From: Chrysomallon squamiferum
Taxonomy: Eukaryota > Animalia > Mollusca
DNA: 64,000 nt
Reading direction: 5' to 3'
Assembly: GCA_012295275.1 (NCBI GenBank)
Contig: CM022678.1
Location: forward strand, 17,794,001-17,858,000
Positions 49,853 to 62,634 of the stretch are shown one piece after another (position 1 is the stretch's first letter; each line of letters opens with the position of its first letter). The position numbers were made by a program, and so were the translations under genes. The notes under the pieces were generated by a model, which was not told where the DNA came from, made no database searches, and worked only from the letters and a program-made list of their open reading frames with translations.

Positions 49853-52800
49853 CATAATAATAAAGCAATAAAAATTAAAATTAAATAGAATGAAAGACTA
49901 TGCAAGTATGTAGTTTGACAGAAATCCTTATGAAAATAGTTCAAATAGGAACAAATATTTTATTTAACACTAAAAATATGCATAAACTGTGATTCTGAAA
50001 TTCTTTTCACATTGATTACGTTGCATAACTTACTTTTTGAACTAGCATTAAGAATTTCATACAGCCATAATTAATTGTTTTTGTAATTAGCCAATAAATA
50101 AAACTATACCTATAACAAAGTTTATTATCTGCAGTTTGAATATAAAATGATAAAAAGAAACCACCAAACATATACACTGGTATGAACATTTGTCCTATTA
50201 TTTTTTTTCCATGGCAATAATAAAAATTTGCTTCTTCTCACCGTGCTCAATCATTTCCATATGAATATGGATTTCATCACCATGTCTGATGATCAGAAGC
50301 AACAAGGGCCCCAAGTTTATTTCATTCAAATCAAACTGACATATTACTTCATTTTCATGAAAATCATTGATTGAAACCTAAAATTCATAAAATTATGTCA
50401 GTGCAATCCTAACATGAACAAATGAAAATCAGTGTGAATAAATGGATGGATATTAAAAAAGGAATGAATGAAGAGAATAGATACATAAAGGGATGAATAA
50501 AATAACTGATCAACAAAATTTCCATTTTATAAATATTACCAGGTGGTATGTTTATGTTTATATACACGAGAGCATTTCCTATAAAATCAAAATTCACAAG
50601 AGGAAATTCAATGAAAGGACTATTTTAATAAAGAAAACTTTTCTATGCATCTTTCGATTGATTAACCAGAGAAAATTAAATATTTTATTTATTTATAGTA
50701 ACTCACGGTCTTTACTACATGTTTGATTTTACTGGCAACATCTTTAGCTACACGGACAACACCTTTACTCCCATTCCCAAGATTTTTATCAGTGAGTACA
50801 AACTGAACACCTTCTTTGTACTCTCCATTTCCCAAAGTTATCTGTAAAAACAATGATATCAACCTGATATTCACTATTCTATTTTAATTGTAAATGTTAA
50901 TTCAGTTTTCTTATAAATGGACATTAGATATTAAATAGTAACATATTTCAACATCGTACATGTAATTTGCTTATGCGGTATGCTTTATTAAAATCACATT
51001 TGAACCATCAAGAACAACATCAATAGGGATATGATATTCTTAAAATTACCTTCGATTCACACGGAACCCGATCCTTGCAACTAGGAAACGGAATGTCTTT
51101 TGACATTTTTACAACTTCTCTTAGAAACTCACGACTGGAATGTGCTATAAGAGAAAGAGTACAAGATGTTAATTTAAAATAATTATTATTGCAAGGTTTT
51201 AGTGTTCATGAAATTTAAATTAACAAAACATCAGTAATTGTTGTTAAAACAAAGTAATTGTTTAACAATATTCCTGATGTAAGTTTGTGTATGTCAGAAT
51301 ATTTGAATATGTTTGTGTGTATCTCACTGTCTATATATTAATGTGTTTGTGTATTTATGTAGGTTTTGTACCTGTTTAGGATTTATGTGTTTGTATGTAC
51401 AAAAGTAATAAATATAACTGGTTAGCATCATATAATCAGTGTAGGTTAAAATGACCTGATTCAATGAGGCAAAAACTTTACATCAAAACAATACAATTTG
51501 TTAAATAAAAAAACTGCCTTCAAAATGGTCAGTTAAGATTTAAATCAGCAATTAAAAGCAAAAGAAGTTGCTTTGAACAATGTGGGTATGTGATTACATG
51601 TCAATTACAAATAATTTACCAAAGAGAAAATAGTTATTCCCCAAAAGCTATATATTTTGGTCAGTGCCAGAAATTATAAAAACTGACTTAGTAGTAGTAA
51701 TGTGTTGACACTGTTTATAGTGATAGTGTGATGAATACTATATATATATATTATCTGTTATACAAAAGTGTGTGTGTTTAAATTTATTCTAGAATACATA
51801 CCACCCTCAACATTTCTGCATCTTTGAGGGCCCCTGAGAGAAAATTCTAAATTCTCAACCTGTAAATAAATTTATCTAAATAGGTAAACTGACCAAATAC
51901 AAACCATTTATAAAAACAATATTTCTGGAGTAGGATTTGAAATTTTTGAAAATTAATACAGTCTGAATAAACAATTCTTTACAAATGTTTTTGTTATTTA
52001 AGGTTGACTTTAAAAATAAAATAAAATTTAATAAAATAAAAAATAAATAAATTGTAAACATTTCAGTTATTAAAGACGTGAATTTTTTTTATAAAAATAT
52101 CGGTTTACTAACACAATATTGTAACAATATTGTTTAATTAACCCAATGTTATAGCAATATTGTTTCATTAACCCAGTGTTATAGCAATATTGTTTTATTA
52201 CCCCAAAATAAGATTGATAAACAAAATATTAAAGTATAAAAATTCTTTCAGCAGGAGCAGCAATTACTTCATTTCTCTTTGACAACACTTGATCATTTGC
52301 AGATGATGATGCTGACTGTCCCCCTTTGTTATGAGCAACAGCATCACTGTTGGCACTGGTCCCTGGCAAATGAAATTTGAATTAACAAAACATCAGTAAT
52401 TGTTGTTAAAACAAAGTAATTGTTTAACAATATTCCTGATGTAAGTTTGTGTATGTCAGAATATTTGAATATGTTTGTGTGTATCTCACTGTCTATATAT
52501 TAATGTGTTTGTGTATTTATGTAGGTTTTGTACCTGTTTAGGATTTATGTGTTTGTATGTACAAAAGTAATAAATATAACTGGTTAGCATCATATAATCA
52601 GTGTAGGTTAAAATGACCTGATTCAATGAGGCAAAAACTTTACATCAAAACAATACAATTTGTTAAATAAAAAAACTGCCTTCAAAATGGTCAGTTAAGA
52701 TTTAAATCAGCAATTAAAAGCAAAAGAAGTTGCTTTGAACAATGTGGGTATGTGATTACATGTCAATTACAAATAATTTACCAAAGAGAAAATAGTTATT

Positions 52801-55800
52801 CCCCAAAAGCTATATATTTTGGTCAGTGCCAGAAATTATAAAAACTGACTTAGTAGTAGTAATGTGTTGACACTGTTTATAGTGATAGTGTGATGAATAC
52901 TATATATATATATTATCTGTTATACAAAAGTGTGTGTGTTTAAATTTATTCTAGAATACATACCAGCCTCAACATTTCTGCATCTTTGAGGGCCCCTGAG
53001 AGAAAATTCTAAATTCTCAACCTGTAAATAAATTTATCTAAATAGGTAAACTGACCAAATACAAACCATTTATAAAAACAATATTTCTGGAGTAGGATTT
53101 GAAATTTTTGAAAATTAATACAGTCTGAATAAACAATTCTTTACAAATGTTTTTGTTATTTAAGGTTGACTTTAAAAATAAAATAAAATTTAATAAAATA
53201 AAAAATAAATAAATTGTAAACATTTCAGTTATTAAAGATGTGAATTTTTTTTATAAAAATATCGGTTTACTAACACAATATTGTAACAATATTGTTTAAT
53301 TAACCCAATGTTATAGCAATATTGTTTCATTAACCCAGTGTTATAGCAATATTGTTTTATTACCCCAAAATAAGATTCATAAACAAAATATTAAAGTATA
53401 AAAATTCTATCAGCAGGAGCAGCAATTACTTCATTTCTCTTTGACAACACTTGATCATTTGCAGATGATGATGCTGACTGTCCCCCTTTGTTATGAGCAA
53501 CAGCATCATTGTTGGCACTGGTCCCTGGCAAATTTCTAGGTTCTTGTCCTGTGTCTGTGGGCTCAGGCTGACCTGAAACGACTCCCTCAGACTGAAACAA
53601 CAACAACAGCAGGAACGATGTTAACAACAGTAATAATAATAACAATAAATAAAAAATAAAAATAAAATAAACTTTTATTGAAATTGAAACATTACAATGT
53701 TTCAGATGGAATTTGTTTTGAATTTTAATGTAAATACTTCTCCACTCTTTTCCAGTAAATGTGTTAATTATTTGCATCTGAAATTAACATCTGTATTTGT
53801 GCCTGTATGTCTGTTTGTCTTTGGTTATGTTTTTATGCCGGTCTCTATGTATTTGTATTTATGGTTTGTGTCTGTGTGAGAAAGAGAAAGACAGAGTGGA
53901 AGAAAGAAAATGTAAGGTGTGTGGGGGGACAAAGAGTGAGGAGGGGGATGTGTATGTATGTGTCTGTGTCTACACATATGTGTGTATGTCTGCATGCATG
54001 TATTTGAGTGTACATGTGCATGCAAAAGTGTGTGTTTCAGTAATATTTTAAAATAATATTTACAGAAAAGAAACCTACAGGATCAGACTGAGAGGTGTTA
54101 GATGACATTCCACTGCTTGGCACACTGTTCGCCATCTCTGAAAATTAAACATTTGTTATTATACATCAACAACCATGTAACAAACAGAATTGGAAAAAAA
54201 AAACTTGTTCAATTCCACGCCCTAAAACAACATCAAATTATTACATTCATTAAGAAAAGGTTACAAAATCCATGTGTTCTATTTAACTCTGGTTTCAGTC
54301 AGATATGCAAATTCTGATGCTGTCCTGTGTAGTGTGAAGTAACCTAAATTTCTTTTAATTCTCAGGGAGCAAAAATATTTGTTTTTTATTCTCTAGCATT
54401 TTTATGATCCATGAAATAGAACCAGACTGAAGGAAAAAAACAAATTTATAAAAATGTATTACTACAGATGAACCTGATACTTTTCTTTACTACATTAACA
54501 AAATCAGCCCTAAAACAACCAGTAAATTAACCTTTTATGTCAAGTAAGATCATAAGTTTAATTATCAGACATAAACCCAAACTTTCATGTAGCGGTTTGT
54601 AAGGTTTCAGCTCAGTCTTTTCAAACAAGTGTGAGACTTAATAATCTGTAGGTTCAGTCCTTCTTAGTTGGCAATTCCATTTAATTCAGTAACTTTGTTG
54701 CTGCTCTAGGTTGAAAGGTAATTTAGAAAAACAACAACTAACAAAACAACTTAACAACATGGTATGTTTCAGTCTTGTTTTAATGATTTTGTGAAAATAA
54801 GATATAGTTGATAAAATAATTTATCATATATTTTTATATGTTGTATATGAATCAGCTATGATGTGTGTGTGTGTGTGTGTGTTAGAGAGAATTACTTGAG
54901 TATTTTTTTTTAAAATTACATGTACAATGTAGAAATATGTTACTATTTAATATCTACTGTCCATTTATAAGAAAACTGAATAAAAAAAGAAAAGATAAAG
55001 AAAGTGTGTCTGTATACATTTAGTTTCACAACTCATGAATTGTACAAATACTTTGTACATTTCCAAATTGAGATCTCAAACAAGTAATAGGAAATAACTG
55101 TTTAGTGTTGAATGATATCAGCTTTACCTGGTAAAAGTTAAAATTACCTGATTCAATGAGGCAAAAGCTATATGTCAAACCAAAACAATTTTTTTACTTT
55201 TTAAATAAAAACTGCATTCAAAATGGCCATTTAAGATTTAAATCAGCAATTAAAAGCAAAAGAAGTGGCTTTGAACAATACATATGTGAATTTAAACTAA
55301 TTTACCAAAGTGAAAACAGTTATTCCCAAAAAACCTATATATCAGTTCCACAAATTACAAAAACTGACTTAGTGGTAGAAATGTGTTGCCACTGTTTATA
55401 GTGATTGTGTTATGAATACTATATATATATTATCTGTTACACAAAAAGTGTGTTTGTTTAAATTTACTCTAGAATACATACCAGACACAATGACATTTGT
55501 GAATGATGTTTGATCGCCACTGAGAGTAATGTCTGTTAGGTGACTGACCTGTAAACAAATTGATCTAAATAGGTAAACTGACCAAATACAAACCATTTAT
55601 AATAACAATATTTCTGGAATAGGATTTGAAATTTTTCCAAATTAGTACAGTCTGAATGAACAATTCTTTACAAATGCTTTTCTTATTTAAGGTTGACTTT
55701 AAAAATAAAATAAAGTTTAATAAAATAATAAATAAATAAATTGTAAACATTTCAGTTATTAAAGATGTGAAAAAATTATAAAAATATTGTTTTACTAACA

Positions 55801-57084
55801 CAATATTGTAACAATATTGTTTAATTAACCCAGTGTCATAACAATATTGTTTTATTAACCGAAAATAAGATTAATAAAAAAAAATAAAAAAAAAAATGAA
55901 ACTTTAAAATAATTCTTACAGCAGGAGCAGCAATTCCTTCATTTGACAATCCTTGCTTGTTTGCAGATGATGATGCAGACTGTAGCCCTTGGTTATCATT
56001 GTTGGCAGCAACATTTACACTAGTCCCTGGCAAATCTGTTGGGCTTTCCACAATGCTAGGTTCTTGTCCTGTGTCTGTGGGCTGAGGCAGACCTGAAACT
56101 GCTGCCTCAGACTGAAATAACAACAACAACAACAACAACAGTAATAATAATAATAAAGAAAAAATATAATTAAAATAAGCTTTTAATGAAATTGAAACAT
56201 TACAATGTTTCAGATGGAATTTGTTTTCAGTTTTAATGTAAATACTTCTCCACTCTTTTCCAGTAAATGAGTTAATCATTTGCGTCTGAAATTAACATCT
56301 GTATTTGTGCGTGTGTTTGTCTGTGTGACTTTGTGTACGTGTTTGTTTTTATGTCTGTGGCCATGTATTTGTATTTATGGTTTGGGTATGTGTGAGAAAG
56401 AGAAAGACAGAGTGGAAGAAAGAAAAATGTATGTTGTGTGGGGGAACAAAGAGTGAGGAGGAGGATGTGTATGTATGTGTCTGTGTCTACACATATGTGT
56501 GTATGTCTGCATGCATGTATTTGAGTGTACATGTGAATGCACAAGTGTGTGTTTCAGTAATATTTTAAAACAATATTTACAGAAAACAAACCTACAGGAT
56601 CAGACTGAGAGGTGTTAGATGACATTCCACTGCTTGGCACACTGTTCGCCATCTCTGAAAATTAAACATTTGTTATTATACATCAACAACCATGTAACAA
56701 ACAGAATTGGAAAAAAAAAACTTGTTCAATTCCACGCCCTAAAACAACATCAAATTATTACATTCATTAAGAAAAGGTTACAAAATCCATGTGTTCTATT
56801 TAACTCTGGTTTCAGTCAGATATGCAAATTCTGATGCTGTCCTGTGTAGTGTGAAGTAACCTAAATTTCTTTTAATTCTCAGGGAGCAAAAATATTTGTT
56901 TTTTATTCTCTAGCATTTTTATGATCCATGAAATAGAACCAGACTGAAGGAAAAAAACAAATTTATAAAAATGTATTACTACAGATGAACCTGATACTTC
57001 TCTTCTTCTTTTCTTTGCAAAATCAGAACAACAACAACAACAACAACAAATAACAAAATAACCTAACAATGCGGCAAACGCCAT
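45689..57084 (-). CDS. Multi-exon NIK/Tpl2 (MAP3K14/MAP3K8)-like non-RD protein kinase, copy K1 (3' end uncertain)
   Basis: Phase-consistent GT-AG exons: 57084-57063, 56654-56596, 56111-55920, 55548-55482, 54137-54079, 53591-53430, 53021-52964 (or 51859-51802), 51144-51050, 50841-50707, 50377-50242, 49790-49641, 48900-48716, 48303-48264, 47749-47694, 47191-47152, 46656-46583, 45754-45689. Further small exons are likely near 45488-45443 and 45270. Motifs GNGSKG, HVVK, HGDIHAWN, DYG. Confidence 0.8.
46280..48520. repeat. Direct tandem duplication (about 1.1 kb) carrying a two-exon C-terminal module of K1
   Basis: The exon (I/T)L(K/E)DVKELPEELG occurs at 48303 and 47191 (offset 1112), and the flanking introns are clearly homologous. 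Confidence 0.9.
51209..53532. repeat. Near-identical 1162-bp direct tandem duplication inside K1
   Basis: Identical intronic ORFs at 51876 and 53038 (offset 1162). The junction at about 52370 cuts through an exon copy. Confidence 0.92.
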
Positions 57085-57164
57085 ATTACAGGAAGTGCGA
57101 GGAGTTTACTCGAGTAAAGGGAGATAAATGGAGGTAGTTTCAGGTCTGCCTCAGCCCACAGTTT

Positions 57165-57199
<35 letters not shown>

Positions 57200-59700
57200 T
57201 AATCTTATTTTCGGTTAATAAAACAATATTGTTATGACACTGGGTTAATTAAACAATATTGTTACAATATTGTGTTAGTAAAACAATATTTTTATAATTT
57301 TTTCACATCTTTAATAACTGAAATGTTTACAATTTATTTATTTATTATTTTATTAAACTTTATTTTATTTTTAAAGTCAACCTTAAATAAGAAAAGCATT
57401 TGTAAAGAATTGTTCATTCAGACTGTACTAATTTGGAAAAATTTCAAATCCTATTCCAGAAATATTGTTATTATAAATGGTTTGTATTTGGTCAGTTTAC
57501 CTATTTAGATCAATTTGTTTACAGGTCAGTCACCTAACAGACATTACTCTCAGTGGCGATCAAACATCATTCACAAATGTCATTGTGTCTGGTATGTATT
57601 CTAGAGTAAATTTAAACAAACACACTTTTGTGTAACAGATAATATATATATAGTATTCATAACACAATCACTATAAACAGTGGCAACACATTTCTACCAC
57701 TAAGTCAGTTTTTGTAATTTGTGGAACTGATATATAGGTTTTTGGGAATAACTGTTTTCACTTTGGTAAATTAGTTTAAATTCACATATGTATTGTTCAA
57801 AGCCACTTCTTTTGCTTTTAATTGCTGATTTAAATCTTAAATGGCCATTTTGAATGCAGTTTTTATTTAAAAAGTAAAAAATTGTTTTGGTTTGACATAT
57901 AGCTTTTGCCTCATTGAATCAGGTAATTTTAACTTTTACCAGGTAAAGCTGATATCATTCAACACTAAACAGTTATTTCCTATTACTTGTTTGAGATCTC
58001 AATTTGGAAATGTACAAAGTATTTGTACAATTCATGAGTTGTGAAACTAAATGTATACAGACACACTTTCTTTATCTTTTCTTTTTTTATTCAGTTTTCT
58101 TATAAATGGACAGTAGATATTAAATAGTAACATATTTCTACATTGTACATGTAATTTTAAAAAAAAATACTCAAGTAATTCTCTCTAACACACACACACA
58201 CACACACATCATAGCTGATTCATATACAACATATAAAAATATATGATAAATTATTTTATCAACTATATCTTATTTTCACAAAATCATTAAAACAAGACTG
58301 AAACATACCATGTTGTTAAGTTGTTTTGTTAGTTGTTGTTTTTCTAAATTACCTTTCAACCTAGAGCAGCAACAAAGTTACTGAATTAAATGGAATTGCC
58401 AACTAAGAAGGACTGAACCTACAGATTATTAAGTCTCACACTTGTTTGAAAAGACTGAGCTGAAACCTTACAAACCACTACATGAAAGTTTGGGTTTATG
58501 TCTGATAATTAAACTTATGATCTTACTTGACATAAAAGGTTAATTTACTGGTTGTTTTAGGGCTGATTTTGTTAATGTAGTAAAGAAAAGTATCAGGTTC
58601 ATCTGTAGTAATACATTTTTATAAATTTGTTTTTTTCCTTCAGTCTGGTTCTATTTCATGGATCATAAAAATGCTAGAGAATAAAAAACAAATATTTTTG
58701 CTCCCTGAGAATTAAAAGAAATTTAGGTTACTTCACACTACACAGGACAGCATCAGAATTTGCATATCTGACTGAAACCAGAGTTAAATAGAACACATGG
58801 ATTTTGTAACCTTTTCTTAATGAATGTAATAATTTGATGTTGTTTTAGGGCGTGGAATTGAACAAGTTTTTTTTTTCCAATTCTGTTTGTTACATGGTTG
58901 TTGATGTATAATAACAAATGTTTAATTTTCAGAGCCGGCGAACAGTGTGCCAAGCAGTGGAATGTCATCTAACACCTCTCAGTCTGATCCTGTAGGTTTG
59001 TTTTCTGTAAATATTGTTTTAAAATATTACTGAAACACACACTTGTGCATTCACATGTACACTCAAATACATGCATGCAGACATACACACATATGTTTAG
59101 ACACAGACACATACATACACATCCTCCTCCTCACTCTTTGTTCCCCCACACAAATACATTTTTCTTTCTTCCACTCTGTCTTTCTCTTTCTCACACATAC
59201 CCAAACCATAAATACAAATACATGGCCACAGACATAAAAACAAACACGTACACAAAGTCACACAGACAAACACACGCACAAATACAGATGTTAATTTCAG
59301 ACGCAAATGATTAACTCATTTACTGGAAAAGAGTGGAGAAGTATTTACATTAAAACTGAAAACAAATTCCATCTGAAACATTGTAATGTTTCAATTTCAT
59401 TAAAAGCTTATTTTAATTATATTTTTTCTTTATTATTATTATTACTGTTGTTGTTGTTGTTGTTGTTGTTATTTCAGTCTGAGGCAGCAGTTTCAGGTCT
59501 GCCTCAGCCCACAGACACAGGACAAGAACCTAGCATTGTGGAAAGCCCAACAGATTTGCCAGGGACTAGTGTAAATGTTGCTGCCAACAGTGATAACCAA
59601 GGGATACAGTCTGCATCATCATCTGCAAATAATCAAGGATTGTCAAAGCGAAACGAAGGAATTGCTGCTCCTGCTGTATGAATTTTTATAGTTTAATTTT
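54020..59700. repeat. Core of a large inverted duplication (the arms extend through the kinase genes: about 47.9-57.0 kb versus 57.14-64 kb)
   Basis: About 57200-58990 is the near-exact reverse complement of about 54080-55870, and about 58600-59640 of about 55940-57000. Identical or near-identical ORF translations on opposite strands (55565-/57272+; 54102+,56619+/58753-). Confidence 0.93.
57000..57136. promoter_or_regulatory. Unique spacer at the centre of the inverted kinase pair, putative shared core promoter
   Basis: On the - strand, YY1-like AATATGGCG overlaps the K1 ATG (57084). ETS core CAGGAAGTG at about 57089. Perfect 14-bp palindrome TTTACTCGAGTAAA at 57105-57118. Confidence 0.5.
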
Positions 59701-62548
59701 TTTTTTTTTTATTAGCCTTATTTTGGATTAATAAAACAATATTGTTACAATATTGTGTTAGTAAAACAATATTTTTATAATTTTTTCACATCTTTAATAA
59801 CTGAAATGTTTACAATTTATTTATTATTTCATTAAACTTTATTTTATTTTTAAAGTCAACCTTAAATAAGAAAAACATTTGTAAAGAATTGTTCATTCAG
59901 ACTGTACTAATTTGGAAAAATTTCAAATCCTATTCCAGAAATATTGTTATTATAAATGGTTTGTATTTGGTCAGTTTACCTATTTAGATCAATTTGTTTA
60001 CAGGTCAGTCACCTAACAGACATTACTCTCAGTGGCGATCAAACATCATTGACAAATGTCATTGAGTCTGGTATGTATTCTAGAGTAAATTTAAACAAAC
60101 ACACTTTTGTGTAACAGATAATATATATATAGTATTCATCACACAATCACTATAAACAGTGGCAACACATTTCTACCACTAAGTCAGTTTTTGTAATTTG
60201 TGGAACTGATATATAGGTTTTTGGGAATAACTGTTTTCACTTTGGTAAATTAGTTTAAATTCACACATGTATTGTTCAAAGCCACTTCTTTTGCTTTTAA
60301 TTGCTGATTTAAATCTTAAATGGCCATTTTGAATGCAGTTTTTATTTAAAAAGTAAAAAATTGTTTTGGTTTGACATATAGCTTTTGCCTCATTGAATCA
60401 TATCATTTTAACCTACACTAATTTTATGATGCTAACCAGTTATTTGTATTACTTTTTTACATAGAAACACATAAGTCCTAAACAATTACAAAACCTACAT
60501 AAATGCACAAGCACATTAATATGTAGACAGTGAGATACACACAAACATATTCAAATATATTCAAATATATTGACATACACAAACTTACATCATGAATATT
60601 GTTAAACAATTACTTTGGTTTAACAGTTAGCAATTACTGATGTTTTGTTAATTCAAATTTTATGAACAATAAAACCTTGCAATACTAACTATTTTAAATT
60701 AACATCTTGTACTCTTTCTATAATTTCTGTTTCTTTCTTTTATAGATGGAACTCTTTCCATATCTGAGTTTCTAAGAGAATTAAAATTGTTGAAAGTCAT
60801 TCGGTTTCCTCGTGGCAAGAATCGGGTTCCTTGTCAAGCAAAGGTAATTTTAAGAATATCATACCCTATTGATGTTGTTCTTGATGGTTCAAATGTGATT
60901 TTAATAAAGCATACCGCATAAGCAAATTACATGTACAATGTTGAAATATGTTACTATTTAATATCTAATGTCCATGTATAAGAAAACTGAATTAACATTT
61001 ACAATCAAAATAGAATAGTGAATATCAGATTGATGTCATTGTTTTTACAGATCACTTTGGAAAATGGAGAGTACAAACAAGATTTTCAGTTTGTACTCAC
61101 TGGTAAAATTCTTGGGAAAGGGAGTAAAGGTGTTGTCTACGTAGCTAAAGATATTGACAGTCAAACTGAACATGCAGTAAAGATCGTGAGTTACTATAAA
61201 TAAATAAAATATTTAATTTTCTCTGGTTAATCAATCGAAAGATGCATAGAAAAGTTTTCTTTATTAAAATAGTCCTTTCATTGAATTTCCTCTTATGAAT
61301 TTTGATTTTATAGGAAATGCTCTCGTGTGTATAAACATAAACATACCACCTGGTAACATTTATAAAACGGAAATTTTGTTGATCAGTTATTTTATTCATC
61401 CCTTTATGTATCTATTCTCTTCATTCATTTCTTTTTTAATATCCAACCATTTATTCACACTGATTTTCATTTGTTCATGTTAGGATTGCACTGACATAAT
61501 TTTATGAATTTTAGGTTCCAGTCAATGATTTTCATGGAAATGAAGTAATATGTCAGTTTGATTTGAATGAAATAAACTTGGGGCCCTTGTTGCTTCTGAT
61601 CATCAGACATGGTGATGAAATCCATATTCATATGGAAATGATTGAGCACGGTGAGAAGAAGCACATTTTTATTATTGCCTTGGAAAAAAGAAATAGGACA
61701 AATGTTCATACCAGTGTATATGTTTGGTGGTTTCTTTTTATCATTTTATATTCAACTGCAGATAATAAACTTTGTTATAGGTATAGTTTTATTTATTGGC
61801 TAGTTACAAATACAGTTAATTATGGCTGTATGAAATTCTTAATGCTAGTTCAAAAAGTAAGTTGTACAACATAATCAATGTGAAAAGAATTTCACAATCA
61901 CAGTATATGCATGTAGATATCAAATGTTTTTAGTGTTAAATAAAATATTTGTTCCTATCTGAACTATTTTCATAAGGATTTCTATCTAACTACATACTTG
62001 CATAGTCTTTCATTCTATTTCATTTAAATTTTTATTGCTTTATTATTATTATCATTATTATTATTATTATTATTTTTACATGAAGCACTTACAGTTTATG
62101 ACATCAGAACAAAGATAAGGAAAGAACAACTGGATGAAAAATGTCGCGAACAGCTCGCTTTGCTCATTGTCAGTGGATCAGAGGATCAAGTGTATATGAT
62201 GCAAGGAGTGGGCTGGACTCATGGAGACCTGACAGGTTTGGAGCATTTTAATTAATTTGGATATTTACAGAGTCCTTTGAATACCAAAATGGATCTTATT
62301 AAGTAGCATTTGACAGTTATTGAGTTATGCAAATATTGTATTGCTGGTATTGTTATTTTTGTATTGATACAACACCCATGTCCATAGCTTGAGTGGCTGT
62401 AAAAATGTGTCTAATTAAAATCACTGAAAACTCCGACTAAACTTAATTGTTTGAATACTGGATTAACAAACTTTTTACAAATAGATCAATGTATTGTTAT
62501 TAAATTTTATTTTTATTATGTTGGTTATTTTATTGTTACAGTAAAAAA

Positions 62549-62634
<86 letters not shown>

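Noticed and set aside
51876-58968. Repeated short ORFs (MFTIYLF..., MTFHCLAH..., MLVKQYF...)
   Set aside because: Intronic or antisense sequence that recurs only because of the segmental duplications. Used as duplication markers, not called as genes.
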